Shown here: positions 21,039-29,822 of the stretch, one piece after another
How the letters are laid out: each line of letters starts with the position of its first letter
Numbering within the stretch: the stretch's first letter is position 1
Assembly (NCBI GenBank): GCA_007134085.1
Contig: SLLL01000038.1
Coordinates: 21,555 to 85,554 of the forward strand
Source: Balneolaceae bacterium
GTDB lineage: Bacteria; Bacteroidota; Rhodothermia; Balneolales; Balneolaceae
DNA length: 64,000 bases
Reading direction: 5' to 3'
Translations under genes and position numbers: made by a program
Notes under the pieces: generated by a model
The model's input: the letters and a program-made list of their open reading frames with translations, nothing else
Database searches by the model: none
What the model was told of the DNA's origin: nothing

Positions 21039-22151
21039 CTATTCATTCACAGATTTGAGGAATGAAATATAGTTTTCAACTACGGCATCCCAGGTAAATG
21101 TACCCATTACGTACTCCCTGCTTGTTTTTGAAAGGCTCTCAAGTTCATTGGCAAGAATAGCATCAATTTTCCCGGCAAATGCTTCGGCATCTCCATGCGG
21201 CAACCGGTAACCATTTACTCCCTGTTTAATCACATCTTTTATCCCTTCAAGGTCTGATGCTACGGCCGGCACCCCGGCTCTGTTTGCTTCAAGCAGAACT
21301 ATTCCAAACCCTTCCATATCTCCTTCTACCGGTATGTTGGGCATAATGAAAATGTCAGCTGCGGCATAACAAACGTGCAGCATTTCAATCGGTAATCTGC
21401 CTGTTAGAACAATTTTCTCCCCTTTACCGCACTGCTCTTTAGCTAAGATAATATTATCCAGTTCCGGCCCATCCCCAACAATCATATAAACCACATCCGA
21501 TTGTATCTTCCCGAAAGCATCTCTGATAAACCACTCATGACCTTTTCTTTTTACTTGCCTGCCAACCGTTAACAGAATCTTTGATTCCCCAAGATCAATC
21601 CCAAACTCTTTTTCCAGCATTTTACGGGCTGCCGGTTTTTCGGGTTGATTTCTTTCTGATGTGGCATCAAAACCGTTAAATAGTGCCCTCCCTTTTTCCG
21701 GGTCCATGCCCCTGTCGATAGATGCCTGCCGCGTAGCTGATGATACCGAAATTACACCACTAAGGTTTTTAAATATTTTCGGCACATACCATTGATAGAT
21801 AGGATTGGGAAGTGTTACGTCCTGCCCGTGATTTATAGTTACGCAAGGTACCTTAGGTTTACGAATCATTGCCGGCAACACACCCGATGTTACCATGGAA
21901 GAGAAAAGAATTACATCCGGCTCAAACCGTTTCACGGCTGCGGGAATTCTCCACAAAAGCCTTACCAGAAAAAAGAACGTCTTAATACCAATAAACCGCC
22001 AGGATGAGTGAAGTATAATGGCCTCAATTTCAAGATCATCCCTGCGCTTCATAGCTTTAATCATCTGCAAGCTAACGTTCTGCATACCGCCGATACTCTT
22101 TAACGGCTTGTTTTTAGGCGGATGAAGATGTGAGATATATAGAATGCGCAA
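21039..22151 (-). CDS. GT4 glycosyltransferase
   Basis: GT-B fold with VGRQVKRKG and EGFGIVLLEA. Confidence 0.9.
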   Translation of the reverse strand: MRILYISHLHPPKNKPLKSIGGMQNVSLQMIKAMKRRDDLEIEAIILHSSWRFIGIKTFFFLVRLLWRIPAAVKRFEPDVILFSSMVTSGVLPAMIRKPKVPCVTINHGQDVTLPNPIYQWYVPKIFKNLSGVISVSSATRQASIDRGMDPEKGRALFNGFDATSERNQPEKPAARKMLEKEFGIDLGESKILLTVGRQVKRKGHEWFIRDAFGKIQSDVVYMIVGDGPELDNIILAKEQCGKGEKIVLTGRLPIEMLHVCYAAADIFIMPNIPVEGDMEGFGIVLLEANRAGVPAVASDLEGIKDVIKQGVNGYRLPHGDAEAFAGKIDAILANELESLSKTSREYVMGTFTWDAVVENYISFLKSVNE

Positions 22152-22155
22152 TATT

Positions 22156-23295
22156 TTAGCCCTTTTCTTTTAATACTTCCCGGTAGTACCCCACCAAATT
22201 GTTATTAATAGAATCCCAGCTGTAGCTTTTTGATTTTTCCAGGCCATCCTGCCCCATACCTTTCCGTAGTTCTGAATCAGTCACCAGTTTATCAATGAAA
22301 GTATAGAATTTATCGGTGCTTTCAACAGGTATTACAAATCCGTTCTCACCATCTTTCACGAGAGACTTGCTTCCGGTGGCATCCGCAACAACTGCCGGCA
22401 ATCCACTCGCCATTGCTTCAAGAGTTACATTGCCGAAAGTTTCCGTATCTGACGGAAAGAAGAAAATATCACTGCTTGCGTAAGCTGTTGCTAAATCAGC
22501 ACCACCAAGAAATCCTGTAAATACGGCATCCGGCATTAGCTCTTTCATTTCGCCCATTGCCGGGCCGTCACCAACTATCATCGCTTTCGCATGTTCTCTT
22601 TTTTTTGTGATTTTATTCACCACATCAGCAAAGAGTTTCAGGTTCTTCTCCCATACCAGCCGCGAAATAAACGTGATCACAATATCTTCAGGCTCAAAAC
22701 CATGCTTTTTCCGCCATTCATCACTCCTTCTGCCAGGGTTGAATATCTCGCTTTCAATGCCACGGGCCCAAATTCTGAAATCTGTTTCTATCTTTTTCTC
22801 TTCAAGAATTTCCTGCATAGAGGGTGATGGCACAAAAACCAGTTCACACTTCCTGTAAAACCAGGAAAGATATTTCCACATTGCCGGTTCAAGCAGCGAA
22901 ACTTTATAATATTTGAGATAGCTGGAAAAGTGCGTATGATAAGAAGAAACAACAGGTTTATCATATTTCACAGCCCACTTTAAAGCCTTGTAGCCCAGCA
23001 GATCGGGCGTAGCGATGTGGATAATATCCGGATCAAAATCACGGAGTTTTTGCCGCTGTTCGCCCGGAAACGCCCTAGAAAAACGATATTCCGGCCTGCC
23101 AGGGAGTTTCATTGATGGAACTGAAATCAACGTACCGCTGTGATCAAGAGCGGGTTCATCAATCGTTGGGCCGAAAACCAAAACATCAATATCATTCTTT
23201 ATCAAATAGGCCACCAACCGATTCAGGGTGAGAGAAACCCCGTCGCGAATGTGGTTATAGTTACCGGTAAACAGAGCTACTTTAAACCGGCTCAT
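22156..23295 (-). CDS. GT4 glycosyltransferase of the lipid-glycosylating MgtA/Agt-like type
   Basis: DGVSLTL, IHIATPDLLG, SSYHTHF..Y, SRLVWEKN and ETFGNVTLEAMASG. Confidence 0.9.
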   Translation of the reverse strand: MSRFKVALFTGNYNHIRDGVSLTLNRLVAYLIKNDIDVLVFGPTIDEPALDHSGTLISVPSMKLPGRPEYRFSRAFPGEQRQKLRDFDPDIIHIATPDLLGYKALKWAVKYDKPVVSSYHTHFSSYLKYYKVSLLEPAMWKYLSWFYRKCELVFVPSPSMQEILEEKKIETDFRIWARGIESEIFNPGRRSDEWRKKHGFEPEDIVITFISRLVWEKNLKLFADVVNKITKKREHAKAMIVGDGPAMGEMKELMPDAVFTGFLGGADLATAYASSDIFFFPSDTETFGNVTLEAMASGLPAVVADATGSKSLVKDGENGFVIPVESTDKFYTFIDKLVTDSELRKGMGQDGLEKSKSYSWDSINNNLVGYYREVLKEKG

Positions 23296-23507
23296 TTCCC
23301 CTGTAGCATTTCATTTATCAACATGTACATCCGGTAGATATCTGTTTTGTTACGCTAATGCTGATCACTTTTTAGCAGGTTCGGTTTTTATCTTTTTATT
23401 GATGAACACAGTATCTTAAAGCGTTGGTTCAAAAAATAACAGTTATGGTATCAGCAGACATTTTTGAGCGCACTATTTAATATTAGGCCAATGAATATAC
23501 AAAGATA

Positions 23508-24482
23508 ATGAATGTATTTGTTACCGGCGGAACCGGTTTTATAGGCAGCCATCTTGCAGACAGTTTAATAGAAAGCAGCAGTGTTGGCGAGGTTAAATGC
23601 CTTGTTCGCAGTAACGAAAAGTGGCTTGAGGGAAAGCAGTTCACGAAAGTAAACGGAGATCTTCACTCTATAAGAACCATAGAAGAGGCTCTTGATGGCA
23701 TAGATACCATTTTTCACCTGGCAGCCATCGTTAAGGCACCATCAAAAAAAGAGTTTACCCACGCCAACGTAGATGCCCCCGAAAACCTGATGCGTCTCGC
23801 AAAAAAAGCAGGTGTAAAAAAAATGGTGATTCTCTCATCTCTCGCTGCAGCCGGCCCCAGCAACGGCACGCCATTAACCGAGCAGGATGAAATGAAACCC
23901 ATCAGCATGTATGGCCGCTCAAAAAAAGAGATGGAAGTGATGATTCATGAGCTTGCCGATCCCGATATGTCCATCACCATTTTGAGGCCGCCGGCTGTTT
24001 ATGGCCCTCGGGAAGATCAGATTTTTACCCTCTTCAAAATGATGAGTAAAGGAATTGCACCCATTGTTGGTGATGGCGAACACCCCCGTTTGTCGATAGT
24101 GTATGTGGCTGATTTGATTCAGGGTATTTTGAAGGCTGCAGAACAGATAGAAAAAGGCGTGCATACCTACTTTATAAGCGGAGAGGATGTTGCAAACTGG
24201 AACCAGATACGAGATATTGTTACAACCGTTCTGAACCGGAATGTCACATCCATAAAAATACCCCCAAACTGGGTTAAAAAAATTGCCGGAGTGATCGAAA
24301 CATCAGCGTCATTTTTTGGTTCATATCCCGTTATTAACCGGGAAAAAGCAAACGAAATGGTACTCGAGTGGACCTGCTCCCATCAAAAAGCGGCAAACGA
24401 ACTCGGTTATCAGCCGGAATATTCTCTCGAAGAAGGTATTTCCAGAACTCTGAGATGGTACAAAAAACATAATTGGTTATAA
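23508..24482 (+). CDS. Extended SDR (NAD-dependent epimerase/dehydratase family); candidate ceramide reductase
   Basis: TGGTGFIG, SSLAA, YGRSK (YxxxK), RPPAVYGP. The reductase role is inferred from context only. Confidence 0.85.
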   Translation: MNVFVTGGTGFIGSHLADSLIESSSVGEVKCLVRSNEKWLEGKQFTKVNGDLHSIRTIEEALDGIDTIFHLAAIVKAPSKKEFTHANVDAPENLMRLAKKAGVKKMVILSSLAAAGPSNGTPLTEQDEMKPISMYGRSKKEMEVMIHELADPDMSITILRPPAVYGPREDQIFTLFKMMSKGIAPIVGDGEHPRLSIVYVADLIQGILKAAEQIEKGVHTYFISGEDVANWNQIRDIVTTVLNRNVTSIKIPPNWVKKIAGVIETSASFFGSYPVINREKANEMVLEWTCSHQKAANELGYQPEYSLEEGISRTLRWYKKHNWL

Positions 24483-24488
24483 ACGTTT

Positions 24489-26021
24489 ATGCGATTACTA
24501 CAGACAAAGCTACTACTCATCTTTTCTCTGATTTTTCTTGGCCTCAGCAGTGTGGCAACTGCACAATTGCAGAAAGATCTTAGCCGGCAAATTCAAATCC
24601 CCGACATCAACAACCTCAACAGTTCGGTTACGCATCTTTATATTCTTTCTGAAAGTGAGGGATTGGTTGTTTTTCGTGCGCATGCCGATTCACTGCAGTG
24701 GCTTTATTCTTCAACAGGCATGCAACAGCGCGGCAACATTCTGGAAAGTGATATCCGTTTTGCATACCTCTACGGAACCGGAAGAAGGCTTACCGTAATT
24801 GAACCAACCTCTGTTCTTGGTGTTTATTCATCAACCATGCTCCCGGCGCGCCCGCTATCGGTAAAACGAATCGGTCAGCAGCTTTTTGTTGCGATGGGTT
24901 CAAACGGGCTTGGCACTATTAACCTGGAAACACCGGAGAGTGTTGATACCGATCTTAATATGATTGAGAGCAGTGAGAACATCCGTGATCTTGAATCGGA
25001 TGGGCGCAGAACTCTATATGCGCTTAACAACGACAACGAAATTTTGATCTACGAAATATCCGAAGAAGAAGTAGCCAACCGGCAGAGAGTGCAGGTAAAC
25101 CGAACCACATCGAAACTTTGGCTGCTTGATGATGAACTTTACGGCAGTGATAGTTCAGGCAGAATTTTCCTCATCAATTCCGATGGAAACACACGTACCA
25201 TTGCCCAACTTTCAGGTGAAATTGAACGATTTGATAAGTGGAACGGGCTGATGATTGCCCGAACCGAAAGTGGCGAAGTATGGAGAGGCCCGGTTGGTGG
25301 TGATATGGATATCTGGCGATCGAACAGACAGGCCGGTAACTTCTTCACGGTTTCCGAAGATAACCTGTGGCTCACCGAATTCGACGGACTCGCTCCAGTT
25401 TTAAGCAGGGAACAATCAGACAGCAGGCCGCAGGCTTCTGCATCCCTGCGATTAAAGCCGATCAACAATGTGGTGTTGCCATTCCCTCGCCCGCTGCTTC
25501 TGCCTATTGAGTTCGAATCACAAACCGATCCCTCTCAGGTTTCCATCAGCTATACTGCATCATTTAATAATGCGCGTATTCGGGGTAAATCGTTCTACTG
25601 GCAGCCTGCAACAGGGCAAACCGGCCGGCACAATGTTACCATTATAGCTACATCAGCCGGTGGCGAGACAGACAGCACATCATTCACCATTGACCTCCGC
25701 CCATTCAACTCTCCACCCAGGTTTACAGCTGCAAGGCCTATTACCATTGCTGTTGATGAAGCTTTCGATTTACAAATCAATGCCATTGACCCGGACGGTA
25801 TGGATCAAAATCTTATCCGATATCTTGGTGTTGATATGCCGGATGGTGCATCCATCAACGAGCGCACGGGAGTTTTCAGCTGGACCCCAAACGTTCGGCA
25901 GGTAGGCGGCCACGAATTTCAGGTGATTGCCACCGATCAATTCGGTGCTGCTGCTTCTCAGAATTTTACCATCAACGTGATAGAAATTGTAGAAGAGCCG
26001 CTTGATGATGAGCTCTACTGA
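24489..26021 (+). CDS. Exported protein with a beta-propeller-like N-terminal region and two C-terminal putative-Ig/cadherin-like domains
   Basis: Signal peptide; NSPPRFT, AIDPDG, PDGASINERTGVFSWTP and FYWQP repeats. Confidence 0.75.
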   Translation: MRLLQTKLLLIFSLIFLGLSSVATAQLQKDLSRQIQIPDINNLNSSVTHLYILSESEGLVVFRAHADSLQWLYSSTGMQQRGNILESDIRFAYLYGTGRRLTVIEPTSVLGVYSSTMLPARPLSVKRIGQQLFVAMGSNGLGTINLETPESVDTDLNMIESSENIRDLESDGRRTLYALNNDNEILIYEISEEEVANRQRVQVNRTTSKLWLLDDELYGSDSSGRIFLINSDGNTRTIAQLSGEIERFDKWNGLMIARTESGEVWRGPVGGDMDIWRSNRQAGNFFTVSEDNLWLTEFDGLAPVLSREQSDSRPQASASLRLKPINNVVLPFPRPLLLPIEFESQTDPSQVSISYTASFNNARIRGKSFYWQPATGQTGRHNVTIIATSAGGETDSTSFTIDLRPFNSPPRFTAARPITIAVDEAFDLQINAIDPDGMDQNLIRYLGVDMPDGASINERTGVFSWTPNVRQVGGHEFQVIATDQFGAAASQNFTINVIEIVEEPLDDELY

Positions 26022-27117
26022 AGACAGCCTTTTTTCGAAAAACCTGATTGATTGGTACCGGCAGAATAAACGGGACCTCCCCTGGCGAAACACGAATGAC
26101 CCGTACGCCATCTGGATTTCTGAGATTATGCTTCAGCAGACCAGGGTTGATACGGTAATTCCCTATTATCACCGGTTTCTTGAGGCATTCCCCACTGTAC
26201 ATGACCTGGCAAAAGCCGATCAACAGCAGGTATTAAAGCTTTGGGAAGGCCTTGGTTACTACAGTCGCGGCCGAAACCTTCACTATGCCGCCAGGCATGT
26301 TGTGGAACATTTCGACGGAACCATTCCTGATACCCATGAGGAGATTTCATCGCTTAAGGGAATTGGCCCCTACACTTCGGCGGCCATTTTGAGTATAGCC
26401 TATCAAAAAAAGTATGCGGTTGTTGATGGTAACGTGATCCGTGTGGTTGCCCGCTATTTTGGCATTGAGGATGACATCAGAAGTACCCGTACCAAAAATG
26501 AGGTGCAGGAAATTGTTGATGGGTTGATTCCTGCCGATAGCCCCGGCGATTTTAACCAGGCCATGATGGAGCTTGGGGCAACTGTCTGCACGCCTAAACA
26601 ACCCGGATGTGATTCTTGCCCGCTTTCAGTGCATTGTATGGCCTACAACAGCGCAAAAACAGAGGTGATTCCGTATAAGTCGAAAGCTAAAAAAGTGCCC
26701 CATCACCAGATTGGGGTGGGAATTATTGTAAATGAAGCCGGTGAATTGCTAATTGCACTGCGCCCTGAAGAGAGCATGCTGGGCGGGCTCTGGGAATTTC
26801 CCGGTGGCAAAAAGAAAACCGGAGAGGGTTTACAGCAAACCGTAGCCAGAGAGCTGAAAGAGGAGCTTGAAGTTGAGGTACAGGTGTACGATAAATTTAT
26901 GGGCCTGAAACACGCCTACTCCCACTTTAAAATTACGCTGCATGCGTACTGGTGTAAAATTGTTGATGGTACACCAAAGCCAAAATCGAGCCAGGAAATC
27001 CGCTGGGTTTCTCTGGAGGAGATCAGCAGTTATCCGTTTCCCAAAGCCAACACCACGCTGATTGGCAGATTGAAAAAACTGGATGCCGAAAATCTGTTTC
27101 AATTTGTATCCGAATGA
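26002..27117 (+). CDS. mutY: A/G-specific adenine glycosylase with a C-terminal Nudix domain
   Basis: RDLPWR, SEIMLQQT, GLGYYSR, HhH LKGIGPYT, VDGNV.RV and Fe-S motif CTPKQPGCDSCPLSVHC. Confidence 0.96.
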   Translation: MMMSSTEDSLFSKNLIDWYRQNKRDLPWRNTNDPYAIWISEIMLQQTRVDTVIPYYHRFLEAFPTVHDLAKADQQQVLKLWEGLGYYSRGRNLHYAARHVVEHFDGTIPDTHEEISSLKGIGPYTSAAILSIAYQKKYAVVDGNVIRVVARYFGIEDDIRSTRTKNEVQEIVDGLIPADSPGDFNQAMMELGATVCTPKQPGCDSCPLSVHCMAYNSAKTEVIPYKSKAKKVPHHQIGVGIIVNEAGELLIALRPEESMLGGLWEFPGGKKKTGEGLQQTVARELKEELEVEVQVYDKFMGLKHAYSHFKITLHAYWCKIVDGTPKPKSSQEIRWVSLEEISSYPFPKANTTLIGRLKKLDAENLFQFVSE

Positions 27118-27953
27118 TTAACAGGCCACCCCTCAGAAAACGATCCAAAAAGTCCCTTCTTGAGCTCAAGCCTTTTCTCGATGCCATAAATAGAGAGGTG
27201 GAAAAAGAGGATTATATCCCACGCGATCCCGTGCAGTTTATGCACGCTTTCACAGAAAAGAAAGATATTGAGATAGCCGGTTTTCTTGCCGCAACCATGG
27301 CATGGGGCAGGCGCGATATTGTTATTGCAAAAACGGATAACCTCCTTAAACGGATGCAATACAAGCCGTTTGAGTTTGTGATAAACTACACGCAGACAGA
27401 CTTTAAACTACTCGCCTCCTTTAAACACAGAACCATCAAACCCATTGATCTGCACGGAATAATACTGGCATTGCAAAACATCTACCAAAACTTCTCTGAT
27501 TTTGAAGAGTTCTGGTCCACGTGCTACCACTCCGCACAAAAACAGAACAGGCACTTTCTTGCCGTTTTTCATGATGAGTTTTTCAGCAGAAGCAGTGATC
27601 TTGCCGCGAGAACAAGAAAGCATATTTCCACCCCGGAAAAAGGAAGTACCTGCAAGCGGCTCTACATGTTTTTGAGGTGGGCCATCAGAAAAAACAGCCC
27701 GGTTGACCCCGGAATCTGGACGTTCATGAAACCTGCAGAGCTGCTCGTCCCTTTCGATGTGCATGTAGCAAGGCAAGCCAGAAAGTATGGCTTGATTACC
27801 CGCCGAACCAATGATCTCAAAACAGTGATTCAGCTTACAGAATCGCTACGGATAATGAACCCAACCGATCCCGCCATTTACGATTACGCCCTCTTCGGAA
27901 TTGGTGCCCTTGGCTACGAACTGCCGAAAAAATTTATTTTGAATAAGGTTTAG
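27114..27953 (+). CDS. TIGR02757/DUF2400 family protein
   Basis: DPVQF, AWGRR, CKRL.MFLRW.R, D.GIW, PFDVHV, DP..YDYALFG.G. Start overlaps the mutY stop (ATGA). Confidence 0.85.
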   Translation: MINRPPLRKRSKKSLLELKPFLDAINREVEKEDYIPRDPVQFMHAFTEKKDIEIAGFLAATMAWGRRDIVIAKTDNLLKRMQYKPFEFVINYTQTDFKLLASFKHRTIKPIDLHGIILALQNIYQNFSDFEEFWSTCYHSAQKQNRHFLAVFHDEFFSRSSDLAARTRKHISTPEKGSTCKRLYMFLRWAIRKNSPVDPGIWTFMKPAELLVPFDVHVARQARKYGLITRRTNDLKTVIQLTESLRIMNPTDPAIYDYALFGIGALGYELPKKFILNKV

Positions 27954-28162
27954 ATCCAGACTTACAATATCTTTCAGCAAAGAAAGAATAAATTAATGAA
28001 CTATATGATGTCCTATCGAGCGTCCCAAAGTGATCACTGTGTGGCAATCCCGACGCGTTTCAGGAGGGATTAAGACAAGATACTTTATTTTCGAATCGCA
28101 TTTGAAAAATAGGTGACAGATTACAGATTTTACTGTAAAGAGACTTCGGAGGTCTCCAACTC

Positions 28163-28843
28163 CTATCCCCCATTCCCCGACATTTCGGAGATCCTTCGAA
28201 TCGCAAAAATCATATACCCCAAAACACTCGATGCCAGCCCCTTCAACAGAATGAACATGATATAACCGGTGATGAAGGCGCTGAGCATCCGAATCCATCC
28301 CAAAAAGTCAGAAACCCTGAAGTAGTTTTTATACACCCAAAGCCCTGCTGCAGCTACAATTACACCGGGTATATTGGTGTTTAGTGCGGGGTCAGCGAGC
28401 GACATTCCCGAGAATGGCCATACCGGTATCAACAGAAGCAGTGGTATCATTGCAGCGCCAACCAGATAGCTGTTTAAAATCAACAGTGAAAAGAAACCCT
28501 CTGTGTAGCTGCGAAGAAAAAGCATTCCGGCTACAGAGAGCATCGGAACGAGAAAAAGAATCAGAATAAATGGCAGGAACCGGGTTGACATCAGCACATC
28601 CGTTAAAAACATCTGTTCAGACAGCTGCTGTAGCTGTTCATTTTCCATTTCGGGCACGGCCCCAGTTACATCCACATTAAAGTTCACCAGTATTGAGGTT
28701 AGCACAACCACGATCACTGCACCAATCAGCATAAATATTAGCGGCGCCTGGTAATCTGATTGATCAGTATGTACATAGGAATCTACCACATTGCGCGGCC
28801 GGGTGTACATCTCTTTCAGTGTGTTGATATATGAAGCAATCAT
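28163..28843 (-). CDS. Multi-TM membrane protein, DUF3667-like
   Basis: N-terminal T...RP..V..Y......Y..P pattern followed by about five TM helices. Confidence 0.6.
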   Translation of the reverse strand: MIASYINTLKEMYTRPRNVVDSYVHTDQSDYQAPLIFMLIGAVIVVVLTSILVNFNVDVTGAVPEMENEQLQQLSEQMFLTDVLMSTRFLPFILILFLVPMLSVAGMLFLRSYTEGFFSLLILNSYLVGAAMIPLLLLIPVWPFSGMSLADPALNTNIPGVIVAAAGLWVYKNYFRVSDFLGWIRMLSAFITGYIMFILLKGLASSVLGYMIFAIRRISEMSGNGG

Positions 28844-29038
28844 GTGATTTGGGGTGATTGAACTAATTTTTGTGCAGTAAGATATGGTTTCTGTTTCATT
28901 TTGGTGGATGTGAATATGAAGAAAACCGTGATTTTATTACCGGGCATTCCACCAGGGTTTTGGAGGTTTGGAGTGCCCCCCCTTTGAGAGCCTATGAGAA
29001 AAATGCCAAGCTACTATATTATAATCCTTTTCTTTGGG

Positions 29039-29465
29039 CCACGAGGGCACAAAGTCACGAAGACACACGAAGTTTAGTTATTTGATATTATTATACTTCG
29101 TGTACCTTCGAGCCCTCGAGTCTTTCCCATCGGGATCCCTGTAGGAGAAGGGAGACTTTTTTTAAACTTATTTCCTTTTGTCGAACGCACGTTAAATATT
29201 AAAATTCATTCCTGTCCAAAACGTATTGCCTTGATCCCATAGAGATCTAATTTGATTAGCCCTGACGAAACTGCCGGGGCTAAGACAAAGCAAATTTCAA
29301 GTGATACGTCGGCTGATGGATCAAATAGACGGGAAATCCATCCTGTCCATACAATGTATTCGACTATTTATTGAACCCCATTCGGGGTTCTTTATGGCAC
29401 ATTATCTTAAACCCCCGTCAGGTTTGCCGGGGGTTATTCATGTTTGATCCGCCACCGGATCGGAG
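29039..29465. repeat. Mosaic of short REP-like palindromes in a long intergenic region
   Basis: CACGAAG-unit inverted arms (29039-29072 / 29096-29120); TAGCCC..GGGGCTA (29257-29282); GAACCCC-attc-GGGGTTC (29373-29390); AACCCCCG..CGGGGGTT (about 29410-29435); GATCCG-ccac-CGGATC (29446-29461). Confidence 0.7.
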
Positions 29466-29623
29466 GTTAAAACACAATCTGCGGAATATTTACTTCAGCA
29501 CCTCAAAAACCTCCCGTGATCCAAAACATTGCACAACATAAAATTTGATGTCGAAACTATTTTTTATCGTAAAACATTTTTATCTTATAAGTCTCTAAAA
29601 AATTCAATAAACAAATTTTATTT

Positions 29624-29818
29624 ATGATCGGCGTTAACGTAAAAGATTCTGAAAGTATCGACCGTGCTATCAACCGCTTTAAGAAAATGGTAACACGCTC
29701 ACGAATTCTCAATGAGTACAAGGAGCGTCAGCAGTACATCAAACCATCAGAGCAGAAAAGAGAAGCTCTTAAGAAAAGTGTACGCGACGAGAGAAGAAGA
29801 CAGCGCGAGAACTACTAA
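29624..29818 (+). CDS. rpsU: 30S ribosomal protein S21
   Basis: ESIDRAINRFKK...Y.KPSEQKR. Confidence 0.96.
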   Translation: MIGVNVKDSESIDRAINRFKKMVTRSRILNEYKERQQYIKPSEQKREALKKSVRDERRRQRENY

Positions 29819-29822
29819 TTCG

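Noticed and set aside
27993-28298. 101-aa ORF overlapping the end of the DUF3667-like gene
   Set aside because: Overlaps a better-supported gene in another frame, runs through terminator-like hairpins and has no protein-like features.
28870-29085. 71-aa ORF in the rpsU upstream gap
   Set aside because: Runs into palindromic repeat sequence; no RBS or motif support.
29039-29120. CRISPR-like or tandem array from the CACGAAG units
   Set aside because: Units are 7-9 bp, degenerate and arranged as inverted arms with no unique spacers; no cas genes in the window.
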